This document shows, piece after piece, positions 1 to 7,823 of a stretch of 24,048 nucleotides of DNA; position 1 is the first letter of the stretch; every line of letters starts with the position of its first letter. The DNA comes from Simkaniaceae bacterium (GTDB lineage: Bacteria > Chlamydiota > Chlamydiia > Chlamydiales > JAJFMI01), in NCBI GenBank assembly GCA_040880145.1, contig JBBDIZ010000020.1, forward strand, positions 1 to 24,048. The letters run 5' to 3'. The translations under genes were made by a program, and so were the position numbers. Under the pieces are notes generated by a model. It searched no databases. It saw only the letters and a list, made by a program, of their open reading frames with translations, and was not told the origin of the DNA.

Positions 1-55
1 CGGCACCAGCCCCGGCACCAGCCCCGGCACCAGCCCCGGCACCAGCCCCGGCACC
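1..55 (+). repeat. 12-bp perfect tandem repeat (CGGCACCAGCCC) x4 plus a 7-bp partial copy, truncated by the window start; encodes (Ala-Pro)n
   Basis: Units read directly at 1-12, 13-24, 25-36 and 37-48, with a partial unit at 49-55. In the frame of ORF 57..272 it reads GCA CCA GCC CCG = APAP. Confidence 0.97.
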
Positions 56-272
56 CGTGACGCCAAGTGAAGAAGTAATAAGGATTGAGTTAACTTATGC
101 TTTGCAAGTGGCCATGAGTCAAATGCAAGATTTAATTCCGGTTTTTCATTATATGAGACTTCCCAATTATCCCTGGTACCATCTGAGTAATTGTACTTTT
201 AATCGGTGTAGTCCAGGCTTTGACCCTTATGGATCCTTTATTTTTGAAGATAATGTTTATATCAAATTTTGA
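3..272 (+). CDS. 3' end of a hypothetical protein with a Pro-Ala repeat tract (5'-partial)
   Basis: The frame is open from position 3 (APAPAPAPAPAPAPAPAPVTPSEEVIRIE...) to TGA at 270-272. The GTG at 57 is probably an internal Val. The 3' end overlaps the convergent methyltransferase gene by 16 bp. Confidence 0.6.
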   Translation, partial: APAPAPAPAPAPAPAPAPVTPSEEVIRIELTYALQVAMSQMQDLIPVFHYMRLPNYPWYHLSNCTFNRCSPGFDPYGSFIFEDNVYIKF

Positions 273-973
273 ATCATTTTTGGTATATTGGATCGGAGAC
301 GGATTACGCTCGCAGCAATAGCAAAAGCGTTCGCAACATTTAGAGAGTTTTTTGATCCAAAAAGTGGGATCTGAACGATATGATGGGCAGCATCCAGTGC
401 ATTTTTGGAAAGACCAAACTCTTCATTCCCGATAAGCAGTGAAAATTGATCAGGCCATTCAAATTCAAATAGAGAGGGTGCCTTTTCTGCGGTTTCAAGG
501 GCGATAAGGGGCCCTTTTAAATCTTGAAGACTGCCCCTGGAACAAGGGACGAGATCTTGAGTATTCATCGCAGCATCTAAAACTTTTTTATTGTCGATAA
601 AGGGCGTTTTTTCGCTAAATACAATCCGGCCAAGTCTCAGGGCTTCTGTAGTCCGAATGATACTTCCTACATTGTGGCCTGAACGCAAATCATCGAGATA
701 AATCGTAATGGGCAAAAAGGGGGTCGAAGAGAAGCAATCTTCTGTTTTGATAAGAAAATGATGCTCATTAAGTGCACGCCCAGCTTTTTGGCAATGGTCG
801 TGAAAGCGATTTGAATAGGTTTCATGTTTAAACTCTAAAGGATCGTAATCGAGGTAAGAAGAGAGTCGATGATACTCCTTAATCAGAGAAGAGAGAAGCA
901 CTTCTTGGCGGTTTCTTGAGAGCTGATTAAATTTTCGCCTGCTTTGAGGCAATATAGTCTTCAAAGGGTCCAT
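257..973 (-). CDS. SpoU/TrmH-family (SPOUT) RNA 2'-O-methyltransferase
   Basis: SPOUT motifs LDDLRSGHNVGSIIRT, LLIGNEEFGLS and VQIPLFGSKNSLNVANA. The start is uncertain (ATG 991, ATG 973 or TTG 952); all candidates overlap the ABC-F stop. Confidence 0.9.
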   Translation of the reverse strand: MDPLKTILPQSRRKFNQLSRNRQEVLLSSLIKEYHRLSSYLDYDPLEFKHETYSNRFHDHCQKAGRALNEHHFLIKTEDCFSSTPFLPITIYLDDLRSGHNVGSIIRTTEALRLGRIVFSEKTPFIDNKKVLDAAMNTQDLVPCSRGSLQDLKGPLIALETAEKAPSLFEFEWPDQFSLLIGNEEFGLSKNALDAAHHIVQIPLFGSKNSLNVANAFAIAASVIRLRSNIPKMIQNLI

Positions 974-2516
974 CGAATGTGTGAATTCCATCTTCTTCAA
1001 AGGCAATGATTCGTGTACAAACTTCACTTAAAAGATCTCGGTCGTGCGCAGCAATTACAGCGGTTCCCTTATATTCAGAAAGGGCCCAGCTAAGAGCTGA
1101 AACAGATTCGAGATCAAGATGATTATTGGGCTCATCCATCACAAGAGTGTTGTAGTTGAAAAGCATCATGCGAGCAAAAAGCAGTCGCGCCGTTTCACCG
1201 CCAGAGAGGTGTTTGATTTGTTTAAAAGCATCGTCACCGCTTAAGAGCATTTTTCCCATAACAGAACGGATGTCTTGGTCAAATACGCCCTGTTTTTGAA
1301 AGCGAAGCCAATCAAAGGCCTGAAATGATTGTTCTTTGTCGATAACATCACTGTGGTTCTGGGGAAAGTAGCCAAGCTCTGCATTATGACCAAGTTCAAT
1401 ATGACCCGAATCCGGCTGTAAAACACCCGCAAGCATGCGAAGAAGGGTTGTTTTACCACGACCATTATTACCAATAACGCCGATTTTGTCATCGCGGAAA
1501 ACTTCGTAAGAAAAATTTTGAACAACAGGTTTTCCATCAAAAGATTTAGAGAGGTTTTCTACCTTTAAGACAACTTTTCCAGAGCTTTTTTCAGGCGGGT
1601 AGAAGCGGATGTAAGGGCGGTCGATATTTGATTTTTTTAGTTCTTGCGGCTGAAGACGGTTGAGCTCACGAGCACGTGATTTCACCTGGGAGGCTCTCGT
1701 ACCGGCACTGAACTTACTGATGAATTCTTTTAAGTTCTCAACTTTTTTTTCCTTGGCCTTATTCTCGTCTTCAGCGCGCCTTCTAACAGAGGATTTTGTC
1801 ACAAGCATCTGGTCGTAGTTTCCAGGATATGAGATGATGGTGTCATAGTCGATATCGGCAATATGAGTCGTGACAGCATTTAAAAAGTGACGATCGTGAG
1901 AGATAACAATAAGGGTGCCGGAATAACTAAATAAAAATTCTTCGAGCCAGCCAATTGAGGAGATATCGAGATGGTTTGTTGGTTCATCGAGTAAGAGAGC
2001 TTCAGGCTTTCCGAAAAGAGCTTGAGCCAAAAGGACCCGAAATTGAAGGTCGGTTGGGATTTCATTCATAACTTGCGTATGAAATTCAATAGGGATGCCC
2101 ATTCCAATGAGGAGTATTTCTGCATTGGCTTCAGCGCTATAGCCATCTTCTTCGGCAACGACTTCTTCTAGAGAGCCAAGACGCATTCCGATTTCGTCGG
2201 TCATTTCCTCTTCATAGAGACGATCGCGCGTTTCTAAAGCATTCCAAAGTCGCTCATTTCCCATAATGACTGTATCGAGAACTTTAAATTCTAAAAAATC
2301 TTCAATGTTTTGTCTTAAAAATCCAACTCTTTTTGGTAGAATCACACGGCCTGAGTTCGCTTCTATAACCCCCATCATGATTTTGAGAAGAGTGGATTTT
2401 CCAGCGCCATTTGGACCGGTAAGCCCATAGCGATGTCCCGGAATAAAAGAGGTGTTGACATCATCGAACAGAGTGCGCGTGCCCATACGCTTTGAAATGT
2501 TTTCAAGTACAATCAT
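927..2516 (-). CDS. ABC-F family ribosome-associated ATPase (YbiT-like; two nucleotide-binding domains, no TM segments)
   Basis: Walker A GPNGAGKST and GNNGRGKTT; Walker B LLLDEPTNHLD and LVMDEPNNHLD; LSGGE in the second domain; YPGNYD linker; TRASQVKSR tRNA-interaction-like linker. Start placed at MIVLENISK (ATG 2516); ATG 2537 is an alternative. Confidence 0.93.
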   Translation of the reverse strand: MIVLENISKRMGTRTLFDDVNTSFIPGHRYGLTGPNGAGKSTLLKIMMGVIEANSGRVILPKRVGFLRQNIEDFLEFKVLDTVIMGNERLWNALETRDRLYEEEMTDEIGMRLGSLEEVVAEEDGYSAEANAEILLIGMGIPIEFHTQVMNEIPTDLQFRVLLAQALFGKPEALLLDEPTNHLDISSIGWLEEFLFSYSGTLIVISHDRHFLNAVTTHIADIDYDTIISYPGNYDQMLVTKSSVRRRAEDENKAKEKKVENLKEFISKFSAGTRASQVKSRARELNRLQPQELKKSNIDRPYIRFYPPEKSSGKVVLKVENLSKSFDGKPVVQNFSYEVFRDDKIGVIGNNGRGKTTLLRMLAGVLQPDSGHIELGHNAELGYFPQNHSDVIDKEQSFQAFDWLRFQKQGVFDQDIRSVMGKMLLSGDDAFKQIKHLSGGETARLLFARMMLFNYNTLVMDEPNNHLDLESVSALSWALSEYKGTAVIAAHDRDLLSEVCTRIIAFEEDGIHTFDGPFEDYIASKQAKI

Positions 2517-2556
2517 AATACCAAATATTCTACTCATCGTTTAAAATAAAAGCAAG

Positions 2557-3447
2557 ATGAAACAATGCGATGATTATCTCAACTACCTGCAGAATGTTAG
2601 AGGGTACTCAGAACATACCCTGCGAGGCTACCGTCAAGATATAAAATTATTTTTTGATTTTGTGGGGCATAAAAATATTGAAGCGGTTACAACACGGGTG
2701 ATTCGGCAGTATCTTCTAGAAGAGCTCAAAAAAAATCGGTCAAAGCGAACCCGGTTAAGACGACTCTCTTCACTTCGTTCATTCTATCGATTTGCGTTAA
2801 AGCAAAAGTGGGTCAAATTAAATCCCTTCGACTCGATCGAAAGACAAAAATTGGATAAGCCTCTACCAAAAAGCTTGAATGAAGAAGAAATCACCTTGCT
2901 TCTCGAGCAGCCCGAGACTGAAACTTACCTTGGGTTTCGGGATCGGGCTTTACTTGAGCTCTTCTACAGCTCGGCTCTTCGTCTGTCAGAAGCAGTGGCT
3001 TTGTCGCGCGCTGACATCGATTTCAAAAATCGCTCTCTTCGCATCAAGGGAAAAGGAAAGAAAATGCGGGTTGTGCCCATGACGGCAACTTGCGCGAAAT
3101 GGTTGCATGAATATCTCAGCCATCCTTTACGTTTTGTCGATGAAAAAGAGCGTTTTTCTGAAAGAGACTTAAATGCCGTTTTTCTCAACAAGTGGGGGGA
3201 AAGACTTTCAGCTCGATCAGTTGAACGGCTTTTAGAAAAGTATCTCCTCAAAAGTGGGCTCGCTGCAAAAGTGACCCCGCATACCTTTCGTCACAGTATT
3301 GCCACTCATTGGTTGGAAAGGGGAATGGATTTAAAAACGATTCAACTCCTGCTTGGGCATTCATCGCTCTCTACTACGACCATTTATACGAAGGTGACTC
3401 ATGAATTGAAAAAGAAAGTTTATGATAAAGCCCATCCTCGCGCCTAA
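2557..3447 (+). CDS. xerC: Tyrosine recombinase XerC
   Basis: N-terminal SAM-like domain (RGYSEHTLRGYRQDI) and a full catalytic set: R (SALRLSE), K (KGKGKKMR), H-x-x-R (PHTFRHS), H and Y (LLGHSSLSTTTIYT). At 296 aa in a housekeeping context next to an ABC-F gene, as in Chlamydia. xerC versus xerD is inferred. Confidence 0.85.
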   Translation: MKQCDDYLNYLQNVRGYSEHTLRGYRQDIKLFFDFVGHKNIEAVTTRVIRQYLLEELKKNRSKRTRLRRLSSLRSFYRFALKQKWVKLNPFDSIERQKLDKPLPKSLNEEEITLLLEQPETETYLGFRDRALLELFYSSALRLSEAVALSRADIDFKNRSLRIKGKGKKMRVVPMTATCAKWLHEYLSHPLRFVDEKERFSERDLNAVFLNKWGERLSARSVERLLEKYLLKSGLAAKVTPHTFRHSIATHWLERGMDLKTIQLLLGHSSLSTTTIYTKVTHELKKKVYDKAHPRA

Positions 3448-4325
3448 ACGTGAATCCAGTCAGGATCTAACGGTTTATTTTCATTATTATTAGGTATAGA
3501 GCGGTATTTTCTTGGAATGTTTTTCTTTATCTTTTCCCACATTTCTTGATCGACAATTTTATGGAGTTCGCAAGAGTTTTCCATAGAAACAATCTTATTT
3601 GCTAAATAAAGAATATAGGATTCCCATGTCAATGAATCTTTAAATAAAGGATGTAGCTCAATGCGTTTGCTAAAGTCATAAGTTCTTTGGAATAGAGAAA
3701 TAAAGTTGCTGGAGTCATCGATGATTTCTGTTTTTAAAAGAATGGCTTCAAAAATGAGGGATGCCTGATAGGGTTGATCTTTATAATTAAATGAGCTCAA
3801 AGAATTTTTTGCTTTAAATATTTCTTCGTATGATTTGTTTTCTAAAAAATCAAGAAACTGATCAGGCAGGGTTTCATAAAATAAAAAATAAAGGCAAATC
3901 AAGTAATAGAGGTGGAGATTGTCGACTTGATTATAGTCCGTCCAGGAAAAAAGCTTTTTTTCAACCTGCTTCCGATCGTCACTAGATCTTGATGAAAGCG
4001 CGTTAAATAAGTGCGTGGTCATCTCACAAGTAAGCTCTTTGAAGCTATATTCAAAAATTTGAGATAAAATATTTTTCCACGCCTCTTGAGAAAGGGCTCC
4101 ATTGCCAAGAGCTAATATGAGAACTGAAAGAGTATTCTTAGGGTTTTTTTCAGCTACAGCCTCGCATTGAGGGGCTTGATACTGAGCAAAGTGAGCAAAT
4201 AAAGCTTCAAGAAGATAAAAGATAGGAGAAAGGATAAATGAAAGACAACAGGTCTCTCTAAATTCTTTTATAGTTTCAAGGTGAATCGCCCAGCAATTCA
4301 GAGGGACTTCAGAAACGCCTTTCAC
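3444..4325 (-). CDS. Hypothetical protein (293 aa, one N-terminal hydrophobic segment)
   Basis: Long AT-rich ORF with a strong SD (GAGGAGG) just before the GTG start. No family motif recognised. Confidence 0.8.
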   Translation of the reverse strand: MKGVSEVPLNCWAIHLETIKEFRETCCLSFILSPIFYLLEALFAHFAQYQAPQCEAVAEKNPKNTLSVLILALGNGALSQEAWKNILSQIFEYSFKELTCEMTTHLFNALSSRSSDDRKQVEKKLFSWTDYNQVDNLHLYYLICLYFLFYETLPDQFLDFLENKSYEEIFKAKNSLSSFNYKDQPYQASLIFEAILLKTEIIDDSSNFISLFQRTYDFSKRIELHPLFKDSLTWESYILYLANKIVSMENSCELHKIVDQEMWEKIKKNIPRKYRSIPNNNENKPLDPDWIHV

Positions 4326-4365
4326 TTAACCTCCTCAAGTTATTTGAAAACGTGTGCGGGCTCAA

Positions 4366-4371
4366 ATTATA
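4366..4371 (-). promoter_or_regulatory. Putative sigma66/70 -10 box (TATAAT) for the 293-aa hypothetical gene
   Basis: Perfect TATAAT on the minus strand about 40 bp upstream of the GTG. The -35 match is poor. Confidence 0.4.
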
Positions 4372-4403
4372 TCTAACAATTGATTTAAATATAATAAAAA
4401 AAG

Positions 4404-4767
4404 GTTTGGGAAAGTCGTAAGCCGGATTCTGTCTCGGGCAATCATTCATCTAGGGCCTCTGTCACCAGAGGCCTCAAGCGATTTGCGGCAAAAATGATGG
4501 ATCAGGAGGGAAAAATTTTTGCCTTCTTGCTTCGGATAGGGTTTGCAGCGGCCCTGATCTCTCAGGGTCCGGGTCGCTCCTAAAGCAACCATTTTCAGCC
4601 TGTCCCATGAAAATCATGGGCGGAATGTTTTCTGTTGCACTTTCCGTAGCCTTGGGGTTAAAAAAAACCTTCGGCCCCCAGTCTTTCACTGGTATCCACT
4701 CCATATGAAGTCCAGACTTTCCTCCTCAAGCCGATAGGGGCTAAGGCGATTGCCAACTTTCCCAAAC
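4404..4767 (-). ncRNA. rnpB: RNase P RNA, bacterial type A, chlamydial form
   Basis: The minus strand carries GAGGAAAGTCTGGAC, GGAAAGTGCAACAGAAA and ACAGAATCCGGCTTA. P1 is formed by GTTTGGGAAAGT/ACTTTCCCAAAC, P2 by GGCAATCG/TGATTGCC, and P18 is GGCCTCTG-GTGA-CAGAGGCC. It is followed by a T-run and lies directly downstream of the CT398 homologue, as in Chlamydia. Confidence 0.97.
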
Positions 4768-4772
4768 AAAAA

Positions 4773-5540
4773 TTAGACGCTTGCAGCGCGGCGGCGGCGG
4801 CGTGTCGTTTTAGCCCCGGATTCAGTGGGCTCTTGCAGATCCTGCCAGTAATGAATGCGTGAGCAGTGCTCGCAAAAGACGAGGTTTTCTCCTTTTCGAA
4901 CCAAATTTTCATGCTGCGGCGTTAGAGAAATATGACAACCACTGCAAGAACGGCTTTCAATAGGGACGACGACCCGGTCTTTTTTGTTGCGAAGAAGGCG
5001 CTCGTAGATGGAGAGAGTGTGCTCATCGGCTTCTTTAGCTAAGGCTTCTCTCGATTCTTTAAGCTTTGACCCTTCGACATTGATACTCGTTATGCTTGAA
5101 CGAATTTCGGCTTCTAGCTCTTTGCTCGAAGCTTCAGTTGAAGTGAGTGATTCTTTAACCTTTTCTAGGACTTCTTCTTCATTTAACTTACGATCGTAGA
5201 GATCAGAAACTTGGTTTTCAAGCGCCTGTTTTTGGCGTTCAACAGTCGTCATTTCGTGAGTTAAAGCGTTGAATTCTTCCACTTTTTTAACAGAGGATTG
5301 GCGCTCATCCAAGGCTTTCATCTTTTGAGTATTTTCAGAGATAAGATTTTCCTGAGAAGTGATCTCTAGGCTGATTTCATCGATTTCCTCTTCTTTGGCC
5401 GTGAGTTGATTTCGAAGATCTTTGCGAAGAGAGTCGATTTGGGCAAGTTCTTTCTGTCTTTGACGTTTGATACGCATGAGTTGAATCATTTTGATGTCAA
5501 ATTCTTGAATTTCGAGAATTTTCTTTATAGACTTATGCAT
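4773..5540 (-). CDS. cdsZ: CdsZ (CT398)/FlgZ-HP0958-like coiled-coil plus C4 zinc-ribbon protein
   Basis: N-terminus MHKSIKKILEIQEFDIKMIQLMR, long coiled coil, CSGCH...FCEHCSRI zinc ribbon and Arg-rich tail, all closely resembling chlamydial CT398. True start is ATG 5540; the longer ORF start at 5729 would overlap glyA and both promoters. Confidence 0.92.
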   Translation of the reverse strand: MHKSIKKILEIQEFDIKMIQLMRIKRQRQKELAQIDSLRKDLRNQLTAKEEEIDEISLEITSQENLISENTQKMKALDERQSSVKKVEEFNALTHEMTTVERQKQALENQVSDLYDRKLNEEEVLEKVKESLTSTEASSKELEAEIRSSITSINVEGSKLKESREALAKEADEHTLSIYERLLRNKKDRVVVPIESRSCSGCHISLTPQHENLVRKGENLVFCEHCSRIHYWQDLQEPTESGAKTTRRRRRAASV

Positions 5541-5574
5541 CGTGCAGGTACCTTGTTCACTATAGAATGGATGC

Positions 5575-5603
5575 ATTCTATCGAAGTAACTAGTTATTGT
5601 CAA
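5575..5603 (-). promoter_or_regulatory. sigma66/70 promoter for cdsZ-rnpB: TTGACA-N17-TAGAAT
   Basis: Minus strand TTGACA (5603-5598), 17-bp spacer, TAGAAT (5580-5575). Near-consensus, about 35 bp upstream of ATG 5540. Confidence 0.8.
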
Positions 5604-5628
5604 TGGGGAGAAGCGGAGAGATTCTGTC

Positions 5629-5657
5629 TTGCAAATGCTCCTTTGAGTTGATATCAT
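5629..5657 (+). promoter_or_regulatory. sigma66/70 promoter for the glyA operon: TTGCAA-N17-TATCAT
   Basis: TTGCAA at 5629-5634, 17-bp spacer, TATCAT at 5652-5657, 38 bp upstream of the glyA ATG. Confidence 0.6.
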
Positions 5658-5695
5658 CCCATATGCATTTAGAAGAGAGGCATATTTGAACTGAA

Positions 5696-7201
5696 ATGAA
5701 TTTATTGAAACATTACTTAAGCCGGACAAACGAGGATAACCAAGATCTTTCTGCCATCAGCTTCCTCGCTGGGATCGATCACATTTCAAGACATTCGAGT
5801 ACAGTGGCAGAGGCCATATTAGATGAGCTTCGCTCGCAAAGATCTAATTTGAAGCTTATTGCTTCTGAAAATTATTGCTCTTTGGCTGTTCAACTCGCTA
5901 TGGGCAATCTCCTTACGGATAAATATAGTGAAGGTTTTATCAAACATCGCTTCTATGCGGGTTGCGAAAATGTGGATCGGGTTGAGGAAAAGGCTGTGAA
6001 TCACTTAAAGGAAATATTTGGTTGTGATTATGCTTATGTCCAGCCTCACTCGGGAGCTGATGCCAATCTTGTGGCCTTTTGGGCCATTATCGTTCAGAAA
6101 ATTCAATCGAAAGAGGTTGAAAAGCTCTCGAAAAAGAATGTCAATGAATTATCGAAAGAGGAGTATGAGGCCATTCGTCAGTTGATGGTCAATCAAACTC
6201 TTATGGGGATGGGGCTCAATGCAGGGGGGCATCTAACGCATGGGTTTCGTCATAATGTCTCTTCAAAAATGATGCGGGCTGTTGCCTATGATGTCGATTC
6301 CAAAAGCCACCTTTTAGATTATAATGAGATCGAAAAGATGGCAATTAAAGAGAGGCCCTTAATTCTAACGGTTGGCTATTCGGCTTATTCAAGGCTAATT
6401 GATTTTTCGATTATGCGTATGATCGCAGATAAAGTCGGTGCGGTTCTTCTCGTTGATATGGCCCATTTTGCAGGCTTGGTTGCAGGAGGGGTCTTTACGG
6501 GTGTTTATAATCCTGTTCCCTATGCCGATATCCTCACATCGACGACCCACAAAACCATGAGAGGGCCTCGAGGCGGCATGATTTTGGCAAAAAAAGAGTT
6601 TCAAGACGTTCTTGACAAGGGCTGTCCTTTAATTCTTGGCGGGCCATTGCCCCACGTCATGGCCTCCAAAGCGATTGCATTTGAAGAGGCTTTAAGGCCA
6701 AAGTTCAAACTTTATGCTCATCAAATTGTCAAAAATTCGAAGGCTTTAGCAGAAGAGCTTGTTCGGATGGGTGCAAAAGTTATTACGGGGGGTACGGATA
6801 ATCATTTAATGATTATTGATGTAGAAAAAAGTTATGGATTAACAGGTCGACAGGCTGAACTTGCTCTTTTGGACGCTCATTTAACTGTGAATCGCAATAC
6901 GATTCCATTTGATCAAAATGGAGCTTGGTACTGCTCCGGAATCCGAATTGGGACGCCGGCGCTCACAACTTTAGGTATGAAGGAAGATGAAATGAAGGAG
7001 GTTGCAAAACTGATTCATAGGCTCTTAACTCATACCGTTCGATCGAAAAATTCCAATACAGGGAAGGAGAGTCTGGCCCGCTTTAAAACAGAGGAGAAAA
7101 TTCTCCAAGAAGTTAGAGAAAGGGCGCTCAATCTTTTAGAAAAACACCCTCTCTATCCGCAACTTCTTCTTGACGAACCCGCGTCATCTCATGTATCTTA
7201 G
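5696..7201 (+). CDS. glyA: Serine hydroxymethyltransferase (long chlamydial type)
   Basis: Motifs LKLIASEN, DKYSEG...RFYAGCE, VQPHSGADAN, GGHLTHG, DMAHFAGLVA, TTHKTMRGPRGG (PLP lysine), GGTDNHL and SGIRIGTPALTT. Confidence 0.98.
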   Translation: MNLLKHYLSRTNEDNQDLSAISFLAGIDHISRHSSTVAEAILDELRSQRSNLKLIASENYCSLAVQLAMGNLLTDKYSEGFIKHRFYAGCENVDRVEEKAVNHLKEIFGCDYAYVQPHSGADANLVAFWAIIVQKIQSKEVEKLSKKNVNELSKEEYEAIRQLMVNQTLMGMGLNAGGHLTHGFRHNVSSKMMRAVAYDVDSKSHLLDYNEIEKMAIKERPLILTVGYSAYSRLIDFSIMRMIADKVGAVLLVDMAHFAGLVAGGVFTGVYNPVPYADILTSTTHKTMRGPRGGMILAKKEFQDVLDKGCPLILGGPLPHVMASKAIAFEEALRPKFKLYAHQIVKNSKALAEELVRMGAKVITGGTDNHLMIIDVEKSYGLTGRQAELALLDAHLTVNRNTIPFDQNGAWYCSGIRIGTPALTTLGMKEDEMKEVAKLIHRLLTHTVRSKNSNTGKESLARFKTEEKILQEVRERALNLLEKHPLYPQLLLDEPASSHVS

Positions 7202-7229
7202 ACCAAAAAAATTTGTAGGAGTTTAAACC

Positions 7230-7823
7230 ATGTCAGAAGAGAAAGATAAGAAAAAAGGTGGCTCTATAGAGGATAAGATTGATTGCATGCTGCTTGAGCA
7301 CCGTCGTATCTTCTTTTCTGCAGCTGTAATGGAAGACACAGCTCGGGATGTCATTCGTAAACTTTGGTATTTAGAGCTCAGTGATCCGGGAAAGCCGATA
7401 TTATTTATTATCAATTCTCCCGGTGGATCTGTCGACGCGGGCTTCGCCATTTGGGATCAGATCAAAATGATCACATCTCCTGTAACAACGCTTGTCACGG
7501 GAATGGCTGCCTCAATGGGATCTGTCTTAAGTCTTGTTGCCGATAAAGGACGCCGTTTTGCGACTCCTCATTGCCGTATCATGATTCACCAACCTGCTAT
7601 CCATGGGGTTGTCCAAGGTCAAGCAACTGATTTAGAGATCCAAGCGAAAGAAATCGTCAAAACACACGATATGCTCGTCGAACTTTATGCCGAGCAAACA
7701 GGCAGAGACATCGAGGCGATTAAAAAAGCACTTGACCGCGACACTTGGTATAGTGCGAAAGAGGCTCTGGACTTTGGTCTTTTGGATGGGATTGTTACTT
7801 CTTATAAAGACATTCAAATGTAG
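7230..7823 (+). CDS. clpP: ATP-dependent Clp protease proteolytic subunit (ClpP1-type by position)
   Basis: INSPGGSV; catalytic Ser (AASMG), His (IMIHQP) and Asp (DRDTWYSA); AGGAG SD at 7217-7221. Lies between glyA and dapF like chlamydial clpP1. Confidence 0.97.
   Translation: MSEEKDKKKGGSIEDKIDCMLLEHRRIFFSAAVMEDTARDVIRKLWYLELSDPGKPILFIINSPGGSVDAGFAIWDQIKMITSPVTTLVTGMAASMGSVLSLVADKGRRFATPHCRIMIHQPAIHGVVQGQATDLEIQAKEIVKTHDMLVELYAEQTGRDIEAIKKALDRDTWYSAKEALDFGLLDGIVTSYKDIQM

Noticed and set aside
1..55. Repeat as a CRISPR array
   Set aside because: The 12-bp units are contiguous with no spacers, and no cas genes are present.
2035..2070. Degenerate ABC signature (IPTDL) in the first domain of the ABC-F protein
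   Set aside because: A non-LSGG first signature is usual in the YbiT-like subfamily and does not indicate a pseudogene.
2557..3447. Tyrosine recombinase as a prophage, integron or island integrase
   Set aside because: Its length, motifs and ABC-F neighbour fit housekeeping XerC. No att sites, cassettes or phage genes were seen.
4776..4810. Arg-rich C-terminal tail (TTRRRRRAASV) and GCG repeats as a novel NLS or repeat
   Set aside because: An equivalent tail is present in chlamydial CT398, so it is a known family feature.
4474..4912. ORFs 4474..4704 and 4658..4912
   Set aside because: They overlap rnpB and cdsZ, and are shadows of the structured RNA and the real CDS.
5541..5729. 63-aa N-terminal extension of CdsZ given in the ORF track
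   Set aside because: It spans both divergent promoters and overlaps glyA. Homology to CT398 begins at Met 5540.
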